A stretch of DNA of 64,000 nucleotides from Psilocybe cubensis (taxonomy: Eukaryota): NCBI GenBank assembly GCA_017499595.2, contig CM038999.1, positions 2,666,001 through 2,730,000 of the forward strand. The letters are read 5' to 3'. Of the stretch, positions 11,352 to 25,102 are shown piece by piece (positions within the stretch are counted from its first letter, which is position 1; the number at the start of each line of letters is the position of its first letter). The notes beneath the pieces are model-generated. The model was not told where the DNA came from. It searched no databases and worked only from the letters and a program-made list of their open reading frames with translations. The position numbers and the translations under genes are program-made.

Positions 11352-12641
11352 ATGCCCGCTACCCTTGATATGCCGGTTAGTCTCCTTGTTTCTTAGTATT
11401 TCTTTTCCTCACCCCCGCTTTAGAACCAGGTCTCTTCGCTGGCACAGGTTCAGAGGGCATACCAGCGACTCACCCACTCTGAGCTTGTCCTCTTTCTCAA
11501 AGTTCGTAACCTCCCCACCTCCGGCACCGACCTAGAGCTGGCTGCGCGTCTTTCCAACCATGATCTCCACACATACCATTTCCCCAGTGCCGTTCTCGAT
11601 CGTGCCTCCACATCTTCACCCACTCTGACCACTAAACACAGGCAGTCCATGACCCCGGATTTGCCTGTCGAACTCCTCGCCAATATCATGGATCATGTTG
11701 GCGATTGGGAACTCGCAAAGGCTGTTGGTGTTCCGACTTCTCTTTCCCAGCCGTCCGAGTGGAGCCGCGCCACACGCACAGACAGAGCTGTCATCACCGG
11801 CCACCTGGCCTACATCCGTAACGCCCAGCCCTCCGCTGAAAATCCGCTCACAAAAATCGGTGCTACGTTGGCCATTCGGTTCGGCTATGTCAATGTTCTA
11901 GAATACTTCCTGTCCCAGCACCACAAAATGTTCCTTGATGTCTTCGATGACGACCTCATACCCATAAAGGCTTCGCGGCATGGGCGTCTCAATGTGCTAT
12001 CGTGGTGGAAACATGGATTTGAGCAGCATCCAGATCTCATTCCTCCTCCGAAACGAGGATCAGTAGCTGAGGCTGTCGACCGTGCATCACGTAATGGCCA
12101 TGTTGTCTCTCTAGACTGGTGGCTATCGTGGGGTCACCCATTTGAATACACCGAAGCTGCACTGGAATACGCAAGCTCCAAAAATCAAATTGCCGTATTG
12201 GATTGGTGGAAGAAGCAGCATAAGGAGAAGGGTCTGCCGCTCAAGATCGGACGGGCGATGGACATGGCGAGTACCGCTGGGCATGTCGAAGTTCTAGAGT
12301 GGTGGGCTGGGTCCCAGTTGGATCCGAAATACGATCGCCATGCTCTACAGCATGCGAGTTGTCATGGGAAGGTTGAAGTTTTGCAATGGTGGCTAGGCAG
12401 TGGTCTGCCTCTCATATTTGACCAGGAAGCTTTAACAGGTGCAACAAGACACAATAGGCCTGAAGTTTTGGAGTGGTGGGACAAATCAGGGTTGCCAATC
12501 AATTATAGGATGTGCGATATTGAAGAGGCGCTAGAAGAATCCATCATTCCCGGCGATGATGCTAGGGAATGGTGGCGGAAGAAAGGAGTCGACTTTAATG
12601 CAAACGACAAAGAATGGATGAAACTGCAGAGTCTTAATTGA
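11352..12641 (+). CDS. SAP-domain + F-box-like + ankyrin-like (LxWW) repeat protein
   Basis: Exon 11352-11375, intron from 11376 with in-frame acceptors at 11423/11429/11447, then YQRLTHSELVLFLKVRNLPTSGTDLELAARL (SAP consensus) in frame with ORF 11649-12641. That ORF has LPVELLANIMDHV and about 7 AS..G.V.VL.WW repeats. Confidence 0.8.
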
Positions 12642-12937
12642 CGTCGCGCCCTTTCTTTCTTTTCATTTTTCATCTGCTGGATCTACTACTTTGGATAACT
12701 ACGTTTGTCTGTATATATTACTTACCATTCAGTTTCATTTGTATTAATACCTCAACAAGCGCAATCTATACTTTGATATATATATATTCATGCATCATTA
12801 ATCTACAGCAAGCAAGTAGACATCCTGTCTGTATATTGTATATTGCTGGTACAATGTTCCTCCATACGTATTACAACTTTGCAGCCTGCTCATTTTTCAT
12901 CTCCAGATCATGTCGAGGATGAAATGGCTAGTGTGTG

Positions 12938-13873
12938 TTATGAACTGGCCGCGCTCCAGATGTCATTTTCACCTTTATAGTACGCCAACTCCCAATCCTC
13001 CTTTGGAATCGAACCCGTCGTCGGCTCGTTAATGTCGAGATGGAATACGAAACCAAATGCAAACGGATCCGAAGATGAGGCCCATTCGAGGAATTGGGTG
13101 GCTCCTTTTTTCAGAGAAGATGAAGATGTTGGAAGCTTATACACGAGGACAGATGTTGATGGTGAGGTTGATGTGCTCACAAGCGTGAAGGCAAAATGAG
13201 TGAGGTTCGGCATGTGCTTAAAAGGCACTGAAGCGATCCATTGAGGTACCTGACCGCACGGGAAACGAGAGACACCGTCATAGGTCGGATACCAAAGTGT
13301 GAGATGTGTGATCTCCCTCAAAAACGCAGCTCCAGAGCTCGTCGATACTAAGCCGTTCCATCTCGGAGGGTTTATCCCCAAGGTTACACGCCTGCAGTCC
13401 CAACGTCGCAAATAAGCCTTGTGTTCGTCTCCTAGCGCTTCATACAAGAGATGGAGAGCGTCAAAATTAAAACCTAGCGTATCGACTTTGGAAATGATAT
13501 GGTAGAAAGACCTATAATCAATGAAATCGTCTTCTGGAGAATCCATTAGGGGTGGTAGACATTCCGAAATCCATAAGTGGCGAATGAGTCTGGGATAATC
13601 AATGGAAAGACGAGAGCGTTTCGACGCGTACGAATTTTGTTGTCGAAGAGATCGAAGGAATAAAACAACATTTTTATGACTGTTGAGGATTACTGTGTGT
13701 AGGAGGTGGCGCATGGCTATTTGGCGAAAGTTCGACGATACAAGGCACAGACTGGTTGCAGTGTGATAAATGCGAGATTGTGATCGATCATTGGCGCTCC
13801 ATCCAGTAGACGCCGCAAGGTACAGGACCTCAAGAGCCAGCTCAAGAGGAAGTCTTGCAAATGGGAAGACCAT
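12938..13873 (-). CDS. Hypothetical F-box-like protein (Agaricomycete expanded type)
   Basis: Intronless 311-aa ORF with FARLPLELALEVL, SLCLVS..FRQIA..HLLHTVIL, and LRR-like ITHLTL and PNLTHFAF segments. Confidence 0.75.
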   Translation of the reverse strand: MVFPFARLPLELALEVLYLAASTGWSANDRSQSRIYHTATSLCLVSSNFRQIAMRHLLHTVILNSHKNVVLFLRSLRQQNSYASKRSRLSIDYPRLIRHLWISECLPPLMDSPEDDFIDYRSFYHIISKVDTLGFNFDALHLLYEALGDEHKAYLRRWDCRRVTLGINPPRWNGLVSTSSGAAFLREITHLTLWYPTYDGVSRFPCGQVPQWIASVPFKHMPNLTHFAFTLVSTSTSPSTSVLVYKLPTSSSSLKKGATQFLEWASSSDPFAFGFVFHLDINEPTTGSIPKEDWELAYYKGENDIWSAASS

Positions 13874-15411
13874 GGTTGTTGAAGGAAAATGTTGTACCTG
13901 GAACCGATGAAAGATACCCTTTTATCATCAAGTCAAGCCGTGGATAGTGCAGACCTGACGACACATGCGACGAGACTGAGAGGTGCCTCCGTTCTTCGGT
14001 GGGTCAAATTATTTGGGCGTGCTTTTTGGCACTTGAAAGGGAGGCCAGAAACAATGCTTATTATGTCCGGCCAATATAATTGACAATTCAAACTCACAAC
14101 AAGAATAGCATGTCGGTTGTACAAGCTATGAGGCAAAATGGGAACAATCAAAGATCAAGCTGTCGAGGAATCGAAATTTTCAGAAGACTCGTCCACGAGT
14201 TTATATTTGCGCCCAGCCTGTTCGGCAGACTGACCTACATCTACGTATCCGTGTAATCTCAGTGTGGCGCGCCAAAAAGATTAGGGCCATCTAAACTTTA
14301 CTGCCTGACACGACGAGCTCGCGCCTTGGGAGAACCTGTCAGTCATATTCCTGAGGCCTCAATGATGTTTCTTTTCAAGAAGGCGCCGCAGGCTGCATTG
14401 ACACGAACAGTACACGATGGTTTGAACAAATTGAAAATAAACTGGGACCAAGGCCCGATTTCTCCAGCTTGCTTTGGCTTTTGCATATCGTCAGAAAGTT
14501 TGATGCAGAGGCATGAAGACGGTGTCGTGTCATTGGACGCGCTTCACGCTAGGTACTTCAGTCCGCCCTCTTTTTTACTCTCAGCGACTTGAGATCAGAA
14601 TTTAATGGTCTTTCTGTTTAGGCTTGCGTTGAAGCTAGCACCCCGTTTTGCTATTATTCTCACCAGGCCCGATGTTGCCGCTACGCAGGCGTCGGTTACA
14701 AGAGATTGTTGTTGCCCTACTTATTATACTTACGTTCAGAGACCGCGAGCAGCGCATCGATAAGTAAGATTGCCGCACCAATAATCAGAATCAGGACCCG
14801 TGATGTTGTATTACTTGTAATCAATAATCTTGAAATGTCAAGGTATTATCCTTTGCTTGTAGACGCAATAAACTGTCGAAACATGCCATTCGAATTCAAG
14901 TGCCGTCTCTTCAAAAATCAGTGACTTATAACTACCTAAATCATAAAAAATCATATCTTCCATTTTGCTTGTGGTGCACCCAGCAAATAGATTTGTACGC
15001 ATTCAGAATATCAGTCTCGCAGTGGAAGTACAGCAAACGGGCATTTGTGTCGTTTCAACGCCCATTTTGATTTACAACCGTCCAGTCAAGACGGCGTCGT
15101 GACGACGCCACAGTGCATTCTTTCATTTCCCTCATGGGTTGCCCTCCGCCCCAATTTGTTCTAAGCGTCTTGTAACTCTTGTTCATTGTCGTATCACGTT
15201 TCTTGAGACGTTGTTTGCCGTCACTATGCAGCACTAAGCCCAGTCACCTACTCAACCGTTATTATAAAGAGGCGTGATATTTTTAGCATATTAACCCAAT
15301 TTAGGATCAACGCAACACATGCAGCCAAGCGATGCTCAAAATGTTGAAAAGCTTTACATTTCATCACCAACAACCACCTTACTTGTTGTTACTCCCGTCT
15401 ATTCCTTCTGA

Positions 15412-18324
15412 ATGCCCCGCGACATTGACCGCAAAGCTCTGCGAGACCTATTATCCGATGATTCCGACTCAGACGTTGGCATATACGAGTACCCAGAAAT
15501 CACCCAGTGAGGAGTGGCACAACACTGCCTTTCGTTACCTATCCTAATACTTGGAAATATTTTGCCGTCCAGGGAGCTAACATGCAAGTACCCAACCAGC
15601 TCAACTCGGTACACAGATTCAAATTCAAGGTCGAAAAAGATATATTCCCCCCTCAAGTTGCTCCGCTTACGATGATTAGTTTAGACATAGACGGGACGAT
15701 TATGATATCAGTCCTGGCCATAGAATCGGTGACTTTGCCAATTCTCGACGACACTCTCATCACCAAACAGTTGGAGAACCATCTTCAGGGTTGGATTTCA
15801 GTAGGAGTTTGTTTGGGAGAACTGTTGTGCGTACATACTATGATTATAATTCTCATGTATCGTCGTACCTGACTCATGATTCATGTAACTCGTACAGGAA
15901 GAAGCCTCTCTAGACTTTTTGGACCAAGTAAGGCCTCAACGTCGAAGGAGGCACGACGGTACCCCCTCTCTGACGTCGGACGATACACGAACTGGATCAT
16001 CTTCCAGTCGGTTTGACTCTCCTGGACCACAGCCTCACCGACGCAGGTCCCCCTCTCGACAATCCTGGAGACACAACAATCAAGTTTCAGACTCAACGCC
16101 ACACATACGTGTCTATCCGGATGACGCCAATGTTACCCTACCGTCCATCAGGGAACTTGATCAAAACATCAACGGAGTATCAACGCCCGCACCGCCATCA
16201 CCTCCGGGATACAACAGTAGGAGGGAATACGGACAAAGAAAGCTCAGCTTAACTCCACGTGTTGCGGTCCCAGAACCTTCGTCATGGCATTCCGGACGCC
16301 ATCATGGGGAAGACGATCAGACAGTAAACAGTCCCATTCCACGTTTTGTATCACCAGAACCTCATGTACGACCCAGATACCCTACCAGGGATACCAATCT
16401 AAGGACAAACTATCCCAGTTCGCACTCAGCGACACAAGACAATATCTACAATGATCGACACCCTAGCCGAGAGTTTGAACAACGCACAGAAAACCTTAAT
16501 CACCGTTTCTCAGCAGACCTCCATTCAGTATCCAGATACGCAGATACGCAACGCAGCACAAGAAGGCATTATGCCAACACTACTAATGATCTATCAGATT
16601 CCTCTCCGTCTTTATTTCCTAACAGATACCCAGATCAAAGGACTGAATATTCCAATGCGCGAAATGTATCACCAGACCAACATTCATCATTCAGCAACAA
16701 CAATAAACGAACAGAACAGAGAAGAAAACACCAACTGGACGATAATCGAGTTGTATCACCGAAACCTCTTATAGCAACATTATACAATAATTATCCATAT
16801 GCACCAGATTCACCATTACCATTATCAACCCCCAGAGCTCTTGATAATTGGCCTGAACAGATTAACGACGATTCAATCTCACCTAAAAGCCCTCTTGGAT
16901 CTTTTTTTCCAGATTTACTCGAACAAGAAGGGGACTTGGATAATCCTTGCGGACTAATTCCACCTGATTCTCCATCCTCACCAAAAGCTGTCAACTCACA
17001 ACCTGAGCGTAGAAATAATTACTCGCTTACGCGTGTCCTTTCTTCAGACCCCTCTTCACCTCTACAACATGTTGGTGTGGAATCTGATCATATAGCAGAC
17101 CTACCTCCTACCCGGTTAGCTACGCCTATACCTGTGTTGGTGCGAACCTCGGTACCACCAACCGGAACCCTAGCTCTTCCAACCCCAACACCACTACATT
17201 CGGACGCAGGGGTCAACCAAAGTCGTCCACAGTTCACCACGCCTGCCAGTACATTAGTGCCTGTAATATCCAACAGAGAGTTTGAGCATAGGACAAAATC
17301 TTTTCCCCTTCCTGTGCCGCGTCCAATCTTATCTCCCGTAAATTCCAACAGAGAGTCCGACCAGAGGACACGTTGTTCTCCCTTTACCCCAGATTCGTGT
17401 GTAGTTGATCGCAATGGACATTCTGAATCTGGGGCACCCTGCCCTTCCGTTTCTCCCGCGGTGGGGCTACAATCTTCTACCACTTCCATCAATTCTAATA
17501 GAGTGCCCGGGCAGCAACGTTATCTTCCGGCTCCTCGAGTGGTATCACCAGAAATTTCTTCATTCCCTCAACATTCTCAAGAGAGATCTCCAAATTCTAT
17601 CGCATCACTCTCGAATAATCTGAACATACGGGATGACAGTCAAACGGACCCTGCGGAGAACAACAACACCTTGACATGGGATTTCAGTTCCGTTGATCTG
17701 AACACGGCACCGACAGTAGAAGCCCTATCCGCTACTTTGCCGCAACAATCAAGCAACAAGAGGGGTCCTTCTCCTACTGTTTTCGAGCGTCTCAAAGCAT
17801 CCAAAGTCCCGAAGGCCCCAAAACAACCCAAAGCACCAAAACCAGGAAAAACACCTCGAAGTGGCCTGCCGTTTGCCGAAGAAGATGAGGCCGTTGAACT
17901 CACAGGTGATGTTAATGCAGTAGTCAAAACCCTGCCCACGCCCCCGCCAGCTACCGTTCCGAAGTCGAAACAATCAAAGATGGTTAAAAAGGCGCCTCCT
18001 ACAGCCTCATTCATGTGCGAATACTGTGCCTCGGCATTCACGCGCAATCACGACAAGAACCGCCATATCAAGTCGATACATCAAGAACAAACTCTATCTG
18101 CTATTAAATCTCGCACCTGCCCGTGCTGTAATGAGGTTTTGTCCAGGGAAGATGCCTTTAGGAGACACATCATCAAGATGCCAGATTCGTGCATTCGGTT
18201 GGCGGAGTTGCGAAGTATGCCACTTACCCCCGACCAGAAGTCGCGGTTGCAAAAGATGCACGCCGATGGAATACCACCAAAGTTCCCTTTCGACGAGCTA
18301 TATTACATGTACAGAAGAGGATGA
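15412..18324 (+). CDS. C2H2 zinc-finger protein with long Ser/Pro-rich disordered N-terminus
   Basis: 801-aa ORF ending in CEYCASAFTRNHDKNRHIKSIH and CPCCNEVLSREDAFRRH..C. Three upstream exons (from ATG 15412, last intron about 15826-15897) are inferred. Confidence 0.8.
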
Positions 18325-18713
18325 TAAACCAGTGTTCTCCTGTGCTATTATTGCATCATAATTCTTTGTTTTTTATGCATTGCTATTGTGTCATTCATTT
18401 GATCTCACAAACACCATCATGGACTTTGTATGATACATGTTGTTTACGCTCATTCCTCCTTAGACCCCGTTACTTTATTGTCATTTTAATATATTTGTGA
18501 GATTTCTAAGTTTCCAGGTGACAGATAGAAATGATCCAAGCAGAATTGATTGTAGGCAAAGAAATACAACTACAGAGTGAGGGCAACTAATTAGACAACA
18601 GAATGAGAAGATAACATGAGAGAAATATGCAGCATTTTGGTATGAAAGGTAGGATGATTAGAATAGATGGTCGGTCATCTCAGACTTAACGAGACAGCCA
18701 ATGCTTAATTCCA

Positions 18714-19706
18714 TCATTCAATCTCGTGCAGGTGCCTTTGGGAAAAAGAAGTAAGATTCGAAGCGTGTGTAGTGCGTTAGTATCAGAGGGACTTGACTTA
18801 CTGCCCCAACACCTTGTTCATTTTGAACATGTCGATTTTGTCCACCCCGAAAATTGCACGCAGGTTCCCGTCGCATATAATTTCACGCTTATTATCCGGA
18901 TTCTGTAACTCATTTCCTTTGATGTATACCCATAGCTGTTTGACCACCTGGGGTCGGGAGAGTTTATCGACTTGCACCAAAGCCGCCAACGGTTCACTGC
19001 GTAAAGCCGGCCAAGTTAGTGATATGTTGGTACTGAAGGAGCGAAATAAATATCAGTACCTTAAAGCGAACTCTTTCCCAAAGCCTCCTTTGGCACCGGT
19101 GGAAGTACCACTCGCTGCTGCTTTCTTTCGTTGCTTCTTCCTGGCACCGTCTTCACTGTCGTCGTCGGAATCAACGGTGGCAGCACTCTTCTTGGCCCGA
19201 GATCCCTTCTTAGCAACACTTGAGCTACTGCGCGCTTTTCCACCAGTCCGTGTAGCACGCCCATTTATTTCGCTCGAGAGTTTGCGAGCTAACTCAGCAT
19301 CACTGAGCTCTCGGCCATTTTTCGAAGGTTTCTTGGACTTCTTCTGCGGGGGAGAGCGTTTGACCTTGGTGTCTTCAGAATCCTCGTCCAGAGCATCGTC
19401 CTCGTCGTTCTGTTGCTTGCGTTTACGTGACGTCGGTGGCTTCTCGTCTTGCGTAGGTTCCGCACTGTCACTGTGTGTCTCCGCTTCGGCCCCCGTACCT
19501 TGGTTTCCGCTCACTTGTTCGAACACGGCACCAATGATGGAATCGATTTCTTCCTTGTGCTCTTTCAGAAACTCAGCGGTGACATAAGGATCTATCTCGA
19601 GCAACTGCCGCCTGACGCGTTTTGCACTGATAGTTGTTAAATCCGTTCCGGGTGCGGAGAGGATTTGATGAATCTTGGGCTCCAAAGAACTTAAGTCAAA
19701 CGCCAT
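18714..19706 (-). CDS. DEK-C + SWIB/MDM2 domain protein (Uaf30/Tri1/Spp27-like)
   Basis: N-terminal IHQILSAPGTDLTTISAKRVRRQL (DEK-C); C-terminal LSRPQVVKQLWVYIKGNELQNPDNKREIICD...MFKMNKVLG (SWIB). Confidence 0.88.
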
Positions 19707-19931
19707 GGAGAGCCGAGAACGAGGTATATGATACAGCAGAATAAGTTAAGGTGATGAGTGAGTTATAGTCCGTCCTGGTGCCAGTTATTAGCCCTGTGCC
19801 AATAAGTAGCAATAAGCTCGGAGCGCGTCCAAGGCGATTTGGGACGCAGCCCAACAGTTGCAAACAATGAAATGGGCATCTCAAATAGGAACAAACAAGG
19901 CTTAATTAGGTAGTACACAGCTTTAGATTGG

Positions 19932-22900
19932 TCAGCGCAGAATTGCCCAGTCGTTCCGTGCAGGATCTCCTGGAGGAGGGAAGAGCCCGCCGTCGGGACC
20001 ATTGGCAGGACCCTGCTGGTCTCCTGCTTGCTGTTCGCGCTGGTCTCTCCGCATCCTCTCTACTATCCGTGTCCGTATGTAGAGAAGAATAGAGATCACT
20101 AGACACAAGATAACCAACACCATCGTTTCCCCAAACTCGTCCAGCTCAGCATCATCGCGATTCCCCGCACGCATCCCATCGAAATAGTCCTCCGGCCCCA
20201 GTTCACTATCGCGTTCGCGATCGGCGTCACGCCGTTCTCGTGCCCACTGTGAAAATCGTCAATCAGACTAAAAGCTAATCAGTCTTGATGGACGGACCTG
20301 GATGGGATCTTCCTCTTCTCTTCTGGGTCTTCTTGAATCGGTAATCTGGCCACTTCGTCGCTGGAATTCTTCTTTTGCCTTCCCAAAATACCATGGTCCA
20401 TCTTCCTCTTCCTGATATTCATCATCCACCGCCTCCTCTCCACCTGGCGCCAATGTGCCGTCTTCGATTTGCTTTCCTTGTGCTGGTTTCGCTAAAACAA
20501 TTCCGTTCAATCAAACATGTAGGAATGAACTATCAAAAACCTACTTATTTCTTCGTCAGATCCCCACAGACTCAGACCACCTTGCCCTCCCATAAGAGTG
20601 TGCCATATGCTCCGAACGTAAAGCTTTCCAAGGGATAGAATCACTGGCAAATACGCCTCGCTATTGGTCTCCAAGGCGAGGTCATAATGTCGTTTTGCCA
20701 GATGAAAGTCCTACACGATATTCAGTTGGAAAAAGGTTACAATATGCAATAATACGGACCTGCGGTACTCCAACGCCATTTTCGTACATCCATCCTAGAT
20801 TCCACATCGCTAATGCGCTTAGTTGGGTGTCCGATGCCGACTGATAATACTTGGCGGCTTTCTCCAGGCGAGATTGGTCCGACTCGTCTTCTGGGACACC
20901 GAGTCCATGGTAATAATAGTCCGCCACTTTGACTAGTGCATCAATGTTGCGTTGCCCTGCTGCGCGAATCCAATTTGTAAGTGCAAGGCGTGCGGCGTCT
21001 TTGGAGAATGTTGTGGGTGCGAATCTTGTCATTCGCAGAATACTTTTATCTAAAGTGTATTCAATTTCGTCAATCTCCACCGTACTGATGGTGATTTGAA
21101 AATTCTCACCTTGATCAAGAACATAGGCTAAATTATTCTGTGCAATTTCATAACCGCGCTCCGCAGCGATCTGCCATTTTAACATGGCAAGTTCCTTGCC
21201 CTGGTCGGTGCCAGACATCCACGCTATCTCAGCGTCCCGTAGTAGATCGTCTTCCCAGACACCGCGCTCGGCCACAAGTTTATAGAATGAAACTGCCATG
21301 GCGCAAGAGCTGGAAGACAGGTGAGAAGGCAGTGCAGTATTTGATGCTTGTGCAGAATGAATCTCTCCAAGATAATAATAAGCTTCGAATGGCGAGCCAT
21401 AACGTATGGCAGTTTCGAAATAGGTCGTGGCCAGTGTTAATTCACCACGATCTAAGATCACGAACAAATCATAAGATAAATTCAAGATAAGTGGGAAATC
21501 GCCTCACTGTAATGGTATTTCCCTATGTTGACTTGGGCTTCTGCGAGTTCTTGCCCAGCGGCGATATTGAAATGAGCGACAGATTTTTTGGTATCCGGTT
21601 TGACGCCCAGGCCATCTCTATAGATGATTCCCAGTCCGTTATGACATTCTCTGTCGCCGTGTTCTGCCCCTCGCTCGAACCAGGCTTTTGCCATAGAGTA
21701 ATCAACTGCAACGCCCTCCCCACGAAGATACATCCGGCCAAGATAACCTGCGGCGAGCGTGGCGTGATTGACGGGTCGTTTATCGTCTTTGATTTGTGTT
21801 GTGCTCGGTGGGTCGTGTGGCCAGAGCTGTCGAGCTATGAGAAGGAAATATCTACGTGCCAGCCTGTAATTTCGGGGAATGGCTCCCACTCCTTCACTTC
21901 CTGATGCAATTCCGCCAGGTGTGGCATATATACTACCTTGGTAAAATATTTTTCCAAGGCGATATGCAAAGTCTATCTCGCCACGCTCAGCGTTGAACTA
22001 ATGCGTTCTGTTAACGAGTTCGTACGTTTGAGAGAGAATAACTTACGAGGTAATATTCTAGCACATCTTCCCAGGTTTCTCCGGAGGCACGGGCTACACC
22101 AGCTTTAACGGCTGGACGCTGAGCGTTGATTCCTGTGGATGCAACACTTGCGCCAGGCCCAAATATACCCCCATTAAGGTCCGAAAGTCGTGTCGCAGTT
22201 TGGGGCAAAGTACGGCCACCTGGAGGACCAGACATGAACTTCGCCATGGCTGATACATTCTCATTAGCTTGTCGTAGTGGAAAATGTTAAAAGTATCACC
22301 TTGTTCAGCAGCGCTTCCGTACCATGACAGTGCACTGTCACAACTCTCAGAAGTACCGATTCCTGACCAATAACGGTACCCAAGGGTCATTTGCGCGCCT
22401 TTGTCTCCACCGTTAGCTGCAAAAGTGGTATATAGTTGAGCTTTCCCTTGATCCACTGGAACGACATCCTTGAACCCTGTGGCATGGAAAAAAGAAATAT
22501 AGGACTGCGATGTTGCGTTTCCAGTTTGAGCCGCATGTGATGAGAATGCACGGTATGCTAGTTGTGGATTCATGATGAAGTGTTGTGTCGGAGGAAACTA
22601 GATATTCATATAAACAGTTTGGAAGAGTGCGTAGCGCTAAAACATACCAAGGACACTTGTCCGAGAGTAAACAGCGCATCTGTGTTGCCCAGTTCTGCGG
22701 AAAGCTCTAGTAAATCGATGACTTTGATGGCCTTCCGCCTCCTTTCCTCATCTTTCTTCTTCGACCCCAAGCCTAGTCCTTCTGGACTTAGAACATTTGT
22801 GACGCGGTTCACAGAGTTATGGAGTTTCATCAGAATTCGAACGAGACTACCAATTGGCCCTTGACCTTGCAAGTTCGGAAGGAAGGATGAAAATATGGAT

Positions 22901-23427
22901 TTTGAATTTCCATTTCCACTGGCAAGAGCGGGGTCGAACGTATGTTGTGATGGGTGTGCTTTTAGTGAAGTCAACGTTGAGAGTGCTTGTTTATAAGCGC
23001 GAGCAGCTTATTAGGAATGTCGTTAACAAAACATTTGGAAGAGATGAGAGAAGCACATGCCTTCTACTGCTTCATCTAAATCACGTTGTTGAACTGAGGA
23101 AGGGGCCTTCCGAGTGATTGGTCGACTTTCACGAAAACAAGAAATAGGTGGCAACTTACCGGTGCTACGTTTGTGGTAGACAAGGTACCTTCTGACGGGG
23201 TCGACTGCTCAGCGGTGGTTGTGATATCTTGCACTGTCTGCAAGTTAAAAGTAGTATATAAATCATAATTTACACTAAGATATGTAGTTTCTACTCACAT
23301 GAATTGCCTCTAAGATGGAATTTGGTTGTGCGGTGTCCTGCGCCGAGGAGATACTCGCAGCAAGTGCAATGAGGCCGAAAGCTAGCCAGGTGGCCTTCCT
23401 GGCGCAGAGCTTGTTTTTGGATTCCAT
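19932..23427 (-). CDS. HRD3: Hrd3/SEL1L ERAD component with Sel1-like repeats
   Basis: Signal-like N-terminus; Sel1 repeats (AQMTLGYRYWSGIG, LGRMYLRGEGV, AMWNLGWMYENGVGVP); C-terminal TM followed by GLFPPPGDP tail. Confidence 0.9.
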
Positions 23428-23954
23428 TGTACAAGTAAAAGGTTACAGACGATCAACACATAACTCAAATGATTGGTGTGTGGAAGTGAATGTGAGTAAT
23501 TGACTAGAGCACGACAATTATTGCCGTGTTAAGACACCGTCACCGCGATGGCCATGCCACGCGAGGTACACGTCAAACATCATGTGACACATCTAATCTT
23601 ATCACAGTACTAGTAGAGCTTTCATGTACATATTGTGCGTGGAACATGAATGGTTCCATCCGACCAGAAAAAATCGAGGTTTCTGGAATCTATCGCTTCG
23701 GGCCAGTTCGGAATGACTGGCAAGCAATAGGTTATTATGATATTTCCTTTAATTAATGCCTGCTTTCTATAATACTGGAGACCACTACGTTGTGTTTGAC
23801 TATTCTGCCATAGCCATTTTCTTGTGATGAAATGAAATTTCCCAAATCAGTTTAGGTACACCTGAAGAAACTCCAAGCCGCAAGCGTTGCTTTAGGCTAA
23901 CTCTCAAATTTATTGCGAGTTTTTAATTGATCTGCGGACCCGCTCTGGTTTAGG

Positions 23955-25102
23955 CTAATATTCGTTACATTCTTTAGGTCTCGTATAGGCTTCAGGTAGA
24001 GGGATTGTTGTTGACAGCCATTTGAAGAATTGTCGTTTTAAGTTGGAGGGGGGAATTTGCCGTTCAAGCTTGTCCAATATCACAGAGTGGTTTGTACTAG
24101 TTTCGTTCAAAAGTGCTATCCGTAAGTACATCCAAAGCGACTCATGGGATGGATAAGAAATCAGCAAGGATAGAGCGTGGTCAATGAGTATTGATGAGGT
24201 GAAAACCCCGTCAATATCACTAGTGAGCATCCCCCGAGTCTTCAGATGATCGAGAAGATTATGGGTTTGGGACAGTTGATGCATCGCGGAATAATCGGAT
24301 ACATGCTGTTCAACCCAATGTCGGAGGCGTTTACATTCCGCTACAATGATTCCAAGAAATTCTTGCTGCCTTGCGCTATTATCCGTTGAGCATACTGAAG
24401 CGTAACAAACGTCGATGATGAAATGCCAGTACGTCCATGAATGATAGTTACGAGGATATGTCTCACAGGTGTGCTGGACTAGTGCCAGTTCGCGCTGGAC
24501 AGCAGTAGGACCTATCTTCGGATATAACTGCATCTCTTCGGAGCTTCCCCAGAACTGAAGAGGTTGTGTGGTTTGACATGCACCCATTAAGCCAAATATT
24601 TGACTTAAACACCACCGACGATGATCCCATATTACAGATTGTTTTGCGCATTCGGGCGAGCCCCGTGCAATTAATTCCAATAGAACCAGCTCCTTCTCAG
24701 GGTCCAGATGCCCTTGTGTGATGAGAGATTTGCGAGCGTTCAAGGCAGTTTGGTGAGCTGGATTGAGGATAATTATGACACTCGATGCTTTGATAGCATT
24801 GTCAACGCTCGCGGAGCGCCAGGATATAGACGCTGTGGCAAGATATAGAGCATAGAGAACTTTTTGAGGTATCCCTAGGTTCCCTTCCACGAATAAAAAA
24901 GGGAAACGAGAAGATGGTCTAGGAGTATCCGGTGGAAGATCAATTGTTTCCCAATCATTTAGTCCTCCTGGTAAGATTTCGATGGATGTCCTATGAAGTT
25001 GATAGATCAGATGAGGATGGCCAATCTTGCGGGAACGTACACTTCGGAACTGCCCAGAAGTTGAGATAAAACGCCAACAACCAATGCGCTATCTTCTGGC
25101 AT
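23955..25102 (-). CDS. Protein prenyltransferase alpha-subunit repeat protein (PTAR1/Ecm9-like)
   Basis: SIEILPGG, LNPAHQTALNARK, WDHRRW, YPRNYHSWTYW, HVSDYSAMH and YPSHESLW PPTA repeats. Confidence 0.82.

Noticed and set aside
11649-12641. Endogenous giant-virus origin of the ankyrin-like gene
   Set aside because: It has a host-type intron and sits among ordinary fungal genes, with no viral hallmark genes nearby.
15093-15109. Inverted repeat GGCGTCGT-G-ACGACGCC
   Set aside because: A single 8-bp palindrome, plausible by chance in 64 kb; at most a transcription-factor site.
18793-19587. 264-aa plus-strand ORF and similar long antisense ORFs (e.g. 33278-33904, 47590-48117, 52943-53434)
   Set aside because: Antisense shadows of low-complexity or codon-biased real genes.
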